A stretch of DNA of 64,000 bases from the human T2T-CHM13v2.0 reference genome, Homo sapiens. The first letter of the stretch is position 1, and every line of letters starts with the position of its first letter. The translations under genes and the position numbers were made by a program. Where the stretch lies: NCBI RefSeq assembly GCF_009914755.1, contig NC_060925.1. The stretch is one strand, 5' to 3'. Positions 56,001 through 64,000 of this stretch are shown here, piece after piece. The notes beneath the pieces are model-generated. The model had not been told where the DNA came from. It saw nothing but the letters and a program-made list of their open reading frames with translations, and did no database searches.

Positions 56001-57779
56001 ATTCGACAAAAAGAGTGTTTCAAGCCTGCTCTCTGTAAAGGATCCTTCAACTCTGTGAGTTGAATACACACAACACAAGGAAGTTACTGAGAATTATTCT
56101 GTCTTGCATAATATGAAGAAATCCCGTTTCCAACGAAGGCCTCAAAGAGGTCTGAATATCCACTTGCAGACTTTACAAACAGAGTGTTTCCTAACTGCTC
56201 TATGAGAAGAAAAGTTAAACTCTGTGAGTTGAACGCACACATCACAAAAGATTTTCTGAGAATCATTCTGTCTAGTCTTTATATGAAGATAGTTTCCTTT
56301 TCTACCATTGACCTCAAAGCGGCTGAAATCTCCACTTGCAAATTCCACAAAAAGAGTGTTTCAAGTCTGCTCTGTGTAAAGTATCGTTCAACTCTGTGAG
56401 TTGAATACACACAACACAAGGAAGTTACTGAGAATTCTTCTGTCTAGCAGAATATGAAGAAATCCCGTTTCCAACGAAGGCCTCTAGGAGGTCTGAATAT
56501 CCACTTGCAGACTTTACAAACAGAGTGTTTCCTAACTGCTCTATGAACAGAAAGGTTAAACTCTGTGAGTTGAACGAACACATCACAACGCAGTTTGTGC
56601 GAATGATTCTGTCTAGTTTTGAAACGAAGATATTTCCTTTTCTGCCGTTGACCTTAAAGCGCTTGAAATCTACACTTGCAAATTGCACAAATAGAGTGTT
56701 TCAAATCTGCTCTGTCTAAGGGAACGTTCAACTCTGTGAGTTGAATGCACACAACACAAGGAAGTTACTGGGAATTCTTCTGTCTAGCCTTACATGAAAA
56801 AAACCCGTTTCCAACGAAGGCCTCTAAGTGGTCAAAATATCCACGTGCAGACTTTACAAACAGAGTGTTTCCAATCCGCTGAATGAAAAGAAAAGTTAAA
56901 CTCTGAGAGTTGAACGCACACATCACGCAGCAGTTTCTGAGAATGATTCTGTCTAGTTTTTATACGAAGATATTTCCTTTTCCGCCTTTGGCCCCAAAGC
57001 GCTTGAAATCTCCACTTGCAAATTCCACAAAAACAGTGTTTCAAATCTGCTCTCTCTAAATGAAAGTTCAACTCTGTCAGTTGAATACACACAACACAAG
57101 GAAGTTACTGAGAATTCTTCTGTGTAGCATAATATGAAGAAATCCCGTTTCCAACGAAGGCCTCCAAGGGGTCTGAATATCCACTTGCAGACTTTATAAA
57201 CAGAGTGTTTACTAACTGCTCTATGAAAAGAAAGGTTAAACTCTGTGAGTTGAACACACACATCACAAAGGAGTTTCTGAGAATCATTCTGTCTAGTTTT
57301 TCTACGAAGATATTTCCTTTTCTACTATTGACCTCAAAGCGGCTGAAATCTACACTTGCAAATTCCACAAAAAGAGTGTTTCAAGTCTGCTCTGTGTAAA
57401 GGATCGTTCAACTCTGTGAGTTGAATACACACAACACAAGGAAGTTACTGAGAATTCTTCTGTCTAGCAGAATATGAAGAAATCCCGTTTCCAACGAAGG
57501 CCTCAAGGAGGTCTGAATATCCACTTGCAGACTTTACAAACAGAGTGTTTCCTAACTGCTCTATGAACAGAAAGGTTAAACTCTGTGAGTTGAACGCACA
57601 CATCACAAAGGAGTTTCTGAGAATCATTCTGTCTAGTCTTTATACGAAGATATTTCCTATTCTACCATTGACCTCAAAGCGGCTGAAATCTCCACTTGCA
57701 AATTCCACAAAAAGAGTGTTTCAAGTCCGCTCTGTGTAAAGGATCGTTCAACTCTGTGAGTTGAATACACACAACACAA

Positions 57780-60700
57780 GGAAGTTACTGAGAATTATTC
57801 TCTCTAGCAAAATATGAAGAAATCCCGTTTCCAACGAAGGCCTCAAAGAGGTCTGAATATCCACTTGCAGACTTTACAAACAGAGTGTTTCCTAACTGCT
57901 CTATGAGAAGAAAAGTTAAACTCTGTGAGTTGAACGCACACATCACAAAAGATTTTCTGAGAATCATTCTGTCTAGTCTTTATATGAAGATAGTTTCCTT
58001 TTCTACCATTGACCTCAAAGCGGCTGAAATCTCCACTTGCAAATTCCACAAAAAGAGTGTTTCAAGTCTGCTCTGTGTAAAGGATCGTTCAACTCTGTGA
58101 GTTGAATACACACAACACAAGGAAGTTACTGAGAATTCTTCTGTCTAGCAGAATATGAAGAAATCCCGTTTCCAACGAAGGCCACAAGATGTCAGAATAT
58201 CCACTTACAGACTTTACAAACAGAGTGTTTCCTAACTGCTCTATGAACAGAAAGGTTAAACTCTGTGAGTTGAACGAACACATCACAACGCAGTTTGTGG
58301 GAATGATTCTGTCTAGTTTTGAAACGAAGATATTTCCTTTTCTGCCGTTGACCTTAAAGCACTTGAAATCTACACTTGCAAATTGCACAAATAGAGTGTT
58401 TCAAATCTGCTCTGTCTAAGGGAACGTTCAACTCTGTGAGTTGAATGCACACAACACAAGGAAGTTACTGGGAATTCTTCTGTCTAGCCTTACATGAAAA
58501 AAACCCGTTTCCAACGAAGGCCTCTAAGTGGTCAAAATATCCACGTGCAGACTTTACAAACAGAGTGTTTCCAAACCGCTGAATGAAAAGAAAAGTTAAA
58601 CTCTGAGAGTTGAACGCACACATCACGCAGCAGATTCTGAGAATGATTCTGTCTAGTTTTTATACGAAGATATTTCCTTTTCTGCCTTTGGCCCCAAAGC
58701 GCTTGAAATCTCCACTTGCAAATTCCACAAAAACAGTGTTTCAAATCTGCTCTCTCTAAATGAAAGTTCAACTCTGTCAGTTGAATACACACAACACAAG
58801 GAAGTTACTGAGAATTCTTCTGTCTAGCATAATATGAAGAAATCCCGTTTCCAACGAAGGCCTCAAAGGGGTCTGAATATCCACTTGCAGACTTTATAAA
58901 CAGAGTGTTTACTAACTGCTCTATGAAAAGAAAGGTTAAACTCTGTGAGTTGAACACACACATCACAAAGGAGTTTCTGAGAATCATTCTGTCTAGTTTT
59001 TCTACGAAGATATTTCCTTTTCTACTATTGACCTCAAATCGGCTGAAATCTCCACTTGCAAATTCCACAAAAAGAGTGTTTCAAGTCTGCTCTGTGTAAA
59101 GGATCGTTCAACTCTGTGAGTAGAATACACACAACACAAGGAAGTTACTGAGAATTCTTCTGTCTAGCAGAATATGAAGAAATCCCGTTTCCAACGAAGG
59201 CCTCAAGGAGGTCTGAATATCCACTTGCAGACTTTTCAAACAGAGTGTTTCCTAACTGCTCTATGAAAAGAAAGGTTAAACTCTGTGAGTTGAACGCACA
59301 CATCACAAAGGAGTTTATGAGAATCATTCTGTCTAGTTTCTATAAGAAGATATTTCCTATTCTACCATTGACCTCAAAGCGGCTGAAATCTCCACTTGCA
59401 AATTCGACAAAAAGAGTGTTTCAAGCCTGCTCTCTGTAAAGGATCCTTCAACTCTGTGAGTTGAATACACACAACACAAGGAAGTTACTGAGAATTATTC
59501 TGTCTAGCAAAATATGAAGAAATCCCGTTTCCAACGAAGGCCTCAAAGAGGTCTGAATATCCACTTGCAGACTTTACAAACAGAGTGTTTCCTAACTGCT
59601 CTATGAGAAGAAAAGTTAAACTCTGTGAGTTGAACGCACACATCACAAAGGAGTTTCTGAGAATCGTTCTGTCTAGTTTCTATAGGAAGATATTTCCTAT
59701 TCTACCATTGACCTCAAAGCGGCTGAAATCTCCAGTTGCAAATTCCACAAAAAGAATGTTTCAAGTCTGCTCTGTGTAAAGGATCGTTCAACTCTGTGAG
59801 TTGAATACACACAACACAAGGAAGTTACTGAGAATTATTCTGTCTAGCATAATATGAAGAAATCCCGTTTCCAACGAAGGCCTCAAAGAGGTCTGAATAT
59901 CCACTTGCAGACTTTACAAACAGAGTGTTTCCTAACTGCTCTATGAAAAGAAAAGTTAAACTCTGTGAGTTGAACGCACACATCACAAAGGAGTTTATGA
60001 GAATCATTCTGTCTAGTCTTTATACGAAGATATTTCCTTATCTACCATTGACCTCAAAGCGGCTGAAATCTCCACTTGCAAATTCCACAAAAAGAGTGTT
60101 TCAAGTCTGCTCTGTGTAAAGGATCGTTCAACTCTGTGAGTTGAATACACACAACACAAGGAAGTTACTGAGAATTCTTCTGTCTAGCAGAATATGAAGA
60201 AATCCCGTTTCCAACGAAGGCCTCAAGGAGGTCTGAATATCCACTTGCAGACTTTACAAACAGAGTGTTTCCTAACTGCTCTATGCACAGAAAGGTTAAA
60301 CTCTGTGAGTTGAACGCACACATCACAAAGGAGTTTCTGAGAATCATTCTGTCTAGTCTTTATACGAAGATATTTCCTATTCTACCATTGACCTCAAAGC
60401 GGCTGAAATCTCCACTTGCAAATTCCACAAAAAGAGTGTTTCAAGTCTGCTCTGTGTAAAGGATCATTCAACTCTGTGAGTTGAATAAACACAACACAAG
60501 GAAGTTACTGAGAATTCTTCTGTCTAGCAGAATATGAAGAAATCCCGTTTCCAACGAAGGCCTCAAGGAGGTCTGAATATCCACTTGCAGACTTTTCAAA
60601 CAGAGTGTTTCCTAACTGCTCTATGAAAAGAAAGGTTAAACTCTGTGAGTTGAACGCACCCATCACAAAGGAGTTTATGAGAATCATTCTGTCTAGTTTC

Positions 60701-63700
60701 TATAAGAAGATATTTCCTATTCTACCATTGACCTCAAAGCGGCTGAAATCTCCACTTGCAAATTCGACAAAAAGAGTGTTTCAAGCCTGCTCTCTGTAAA
60801 GGATCCTTCAACTCTGTGAGTTGAATACACACAACACAATTAAGTTACTGAGAATTATTCTGTCTAGCAAAATATGAAGAAATCCCGTTTCCAACGAAGG
60901 CCTCAAAGAGGTCTGAATATCCACTTGCAGACTTTACAAACAGAGTGTTTCCTAACTGCTCTATGAGAAGAAAAGTTAAACTCTGTGAGTTGAACGCACA
61001 CATCACAAAAGATTTTCTGAGAATCATTCTGTCTAGTCTTTATATGAAGATAGTTTCCTTTTCTACCATTGACCTCAAAGCGGCTGAAATCTCCACTTGC
61101 AAATTCCACAAAAAGAGTGTTTCAAGTCTGCTCTGTGTAAAGGATCGTTCAACTCTGTGAGTTGAATACACACAACACAAGGAAGTTACTGAGAATTCTT
61201 CTGTCTAGCAGAATATGAAGAAATCCCGTTTCCAACGAAGGCCACAAGATGTCAGAATATCCACTTACAGACTTTACAAACAGAGTGTTTCCTAACTGCT
61301 CTATGAACAGAAAGGTTAAACTCTGTGAGTTGAACGAACACATCACAACGCAGTTTGTGGGAATGATTCTGTCTAGTTTTGAAACGAAGATATTTCCTTT
61401 TCTGCCGTTGACCTTAAAGCACTTGAAATCTACACTTGCAAATTGCACAAATAGAGTGTTTCAAATCTGCTCTGTCTAAGGGAACGTTCAACTCTGTGAG
61501 TTGAATGCACACAACACAAGGAAGTTACTGGGAATTCTTCTGTCTAGCCTTACATGAAAAAAACCCGTTTCCAACGAAGGCCTCTAAGTGGTCAAAATAT
61601 CCACGTGCAGACTTTACAAACAGAGTGTTTCCAAACCGCTGAATGAAAAGAAAAGTTAAACTCTGAGAGTTGAGCGCACACATCACGCAGCAGATTCTGA
61701 GAATGATTCTGTCTAGTTTTTATACGAAGATATTTCCTTTTCTGCCTTTGGCCCCAAAGCGCTTGAAATCTCCACTTGCAAATTCCACAAAAACAGTGTT
61801 TCAAATCTGCTCTCTCTAAATGAAAGTTCAACTCTGTCAGTTGAATACACACAACACAAGGAAGTTACTGAGAATTCTTCTGTCTAGCATAATATGAAGA
61901 AATCCCGTTTCCAACGAAGGCCTCAAAGGGGTCTGAATATCCACTTGCAGACTTTATAAACAGAGTGTTTACTAACTGCTCTATGAAAAGAAAGGTTAAA
62001 CTCTGTGAGTTGAACACACACATCACAAAGGAGTTTCTGAGAATCATTCTGTCTAGTTTTTCTACGAAGATATTTCCTTTTCTACTATTGACCTCAAATC
62101 GGCTGAAATCTCCACTTGCAAATTCCACAAAAAGAGTGTTTCAAGTCTGCTCTGTGTAAAGGATCGTTCAACTCTGTGAGTAGAATACACACAACACAAG
62201 GAAGTTACTGAGAATTCTTCTGTCTAGCAGAATATGAAGAAATCCCGTTTCCAACGAAGGCCTCAAGGAGGTCTGAATATCCACTTGCAGACTTTTCAAA
62301 CAGAGTGTTTCCTAACTGCTCTATGAAAAGAAAGGTTAAACTCTGTGAGTTGAACGCACACATCACAAAGGAGTTTATGAGAATCATTCTGTCTAGTTTC
62401 TATAAGAAGATATTTCCTATTCTACCATTGACCTCAAAGCGGCTGAAATCTCCACTTGCAAATTCGACAAAAAGAGTGTTTCAAGCCTGCTCTCTGTAAA
62501 GGATCCTTCAACTCTGTGAGTTGAATACACACAACACAAGGAAGTTACTGAGAATTATTCTGTCTAGCAAAATATGAAGAAATCCCGTTTCCAACGAAGG
62601 CCTCAAAGAGGTCTGAATATCCACTTGCAGACTTTACAAACAGAGTGTTTCCTAACTGCTCTATGAGAAGAAAAGTTAAACTCTGTGAGTTGAACGCACA
62701 CATCACAAAGGAGTTTCTGAGAATCGTTCTGTCTAGTTTCTATAGGAAGATATTTCCTATTCTACCATTGACCTCAAAGCGGCTGAAATCTCCAGTTGCA
62801 AATTCCACAAAAAGAATGTTTCAAGTCTGCTCTGTGTAAAGGATCGTTCAACTCTGTGAGTTGAATACACACAACACAAGGAAGTTACTGAGAATTATTC
62901 TGTCTAGCATAATATGAAGAAATCCCGTTTCCAACGAAGGCCTCAAAGAGGTCTGAATATCCACTTGCAGACTTTACAAACAGAGTGTTTCCTAACTGCT
63001 CTATGAAAAGAAAAGTTAAACTCTGTGAGTTGAACGCACACATCACAAAGGAGTTTATGAGAATCATTCTGTCTAGTCTTTATACGAAGATATTTCCTTA
63101 TCTACCATTGACCTCAAAGCGGCTGAAATCTCCACTTGCAAATTCCACAAAAAGAGTGTTTCAAGTCTGCTCTGTGTAAAGGATCGTTCAACTCTGTGAG
63201 TTGAATACACACAACACAAGGAAGTTACTGAGAATTCTTCTGTCTAGCAGAATATGAAGAAATCCCGTTTCCAACGAAGGCCTCAAGGAGGTCTGAATAT
63301 CCACTTGCAGACTTTACAAACAGAGTGTTTCCTAACTGCTCTATGAACAGAAAGGTTAAACTCTGTGAGTTGAACGCACACATCACAAAGGAGTTTCTGA
63401 GAATCATTCTGTCTAGTCTTTATACGAAGATATTTCCTATTCTACCATTGACCTCAAAGCGGCTGAAATCTCCACTTGCAAATTCCACAAAAAGAGTGTT
63501 TCAAGTCTGCTCTGTGTAAAGGATCATTCAACTCTGTGAGTTGAATAAACACAACACAAGGAAGTTACTGAGAATTCTTCTGTCTAGCAGAATATGAAGA
63601 AATCCCGTTTCCAACGAAGGCCTCAAGGAGGTCTGAATATCCACTTGCAGACTTTTCAAACAGAGTGTTTCCTAACTGCTCTATGAAAAGAAAGGTTAAA

Positions 63701-64000
63701 CTCTGTGAGTTGAACGCACACATCACAAAGGAGTTTATGAGAATCATTCTATCTAGTTTCTATAAGAAGATATTTCCTATTCTACCATTGACCTCAAAGC
63801 GGCTGAAATCTCCACTTGCAAATTCGACAAAAAGAGTGTTTCAAGCCAGCTCTCTGTAAAGGATCCTTCAACTCTGTGAGTTGAAAACACACAACACAAG
63901 GAAGTTACTGAGAATTATTCTCTCTAGCAAAATATGAAGAAATCCCGTTTCCAACGAAGGCCTCAAAGAGGTCTGAATATCCACTTGCAGACTTTACAAA
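57780..64000 (-). repeat. Tandem duplication, 3060-bp (18-mer) unit: two copies plus the start of a third
   Basis: AAAGCACTTG (58361/61421), CTCAAATCGG (59039/62099) and CCTTATCTACC (60040/63100) recur at +3060. Confidence 0.92.

Larger units (their letters stand above)
1..64000 (-). repeat. Alpha satellite higher-order repeat array, SF1 dimeric type (340-bp dimer), about 188 dimers / 376 monomers
   Basis: Strict ~340-bp period: first CENP-B box at 27, last at 63943, i.e. 188 intervals. Each dimer has two related monomers. The + strand reads CACACATCACAAAGGAGTTTCTGAGAAT, the reverse complement of the usual alphoid consensus. One EcoRI site (GAATTC) in most dimers, matching the classic 340-bp EcoRI alphoid dimer. 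Confidence 0.99.
1..64000 (-). repeat. Probable human chr1/5/19 live centromeric array (D1Z7/D5Z2/D19Z3, S1C1/5/19H1L); chromosome not resolved
   Basis: Near-identical dimers interrupted by a recurrent divergent block (GGCCACAAGATGTCAGA; GCCTTACATGAAAAAAACCCG..CTCTAAGTGGTCAAA; AAAGGGGTCTG..TTTACTAAC). This fits the known 6-mer core with an amplifiable dimer. Recognised from memory, not from a database search. Confidence 0.8.

Noticed and set aside
89-63859. Hundreds of 60-111 aa ORFs on both strands (MFPNCSM..., MILRNSF..., MCIQLTE...)
   Set aside because: They recur with the satellite period, many use GTG/TTG starts, they overlap on both strands and are broken freely by indels. They are chance frames, used here only as variant fingerprints.
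1-64000. CRISPR-like array (palindromic repeat at regular spacing)
   Set aside because: The intervening sequences are themselves repeats, not unique spacers. There are no cas genes, and the sequence is alpha satellite.
1-64000. L1/Alu insertion, inversion or array boundary
   Set aside because: The 340-bp phase and the CENP-B box orientation are continuous from start to end, and I saw no non-alphoid segment.
1-64000. Assignment to one chromosome or to the kinetochore/CDR site
   Set aside because: Chr1, 5 and 19 share this family, and CENP-A position is epigenetic. Neither can be read from the sequence without mapping or methylation data.
1-64000. A coded message in the HOR-length series, or a novel gene system
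   Set aside because: The series is explained by the identified duplications, dimer deletions and hybrids. Nothing supports a new system.

Overview
The whole 64 kb window is one uninterrupted, single-orientation (minus-strand) array of primate centromeric alpha satellite, most likely human. The basic unit is a 340-bp dimer of about 171+169 bp monomers, with a CENP-B box in every second monomer. This is suprachromosomal family 1 organisation, and the sequence resembles the live chr1/5/19 array (D1Z7/D5Z2/D19Z3); I cannot tell which chromosome. I see no genes, RNA genes, transposon insertions, inversions or CRISPR arrays, and the ORF track is an artefact of the repeat. I found no new gene-based biological system. 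The information is in the higher-order structure: (1) a fixed 3-dimer core plus a variable run of ordered, diverged dimers gives 8- to 18-mer HORs (mode 14-mer, no 6-mer); (2) there are nested recent duplications of about 2.0, 2.4, 3.1, 4.8 and 6.5 kb, plus longer-range copies; (3) several monomers are hybrids; (4) one 4-bp deletion is recurrent; (5) CENP-B box mutations concentrate at one nucleotide of one dimer slot. All counts were made by eye, using the ORF track as a fingerprint.
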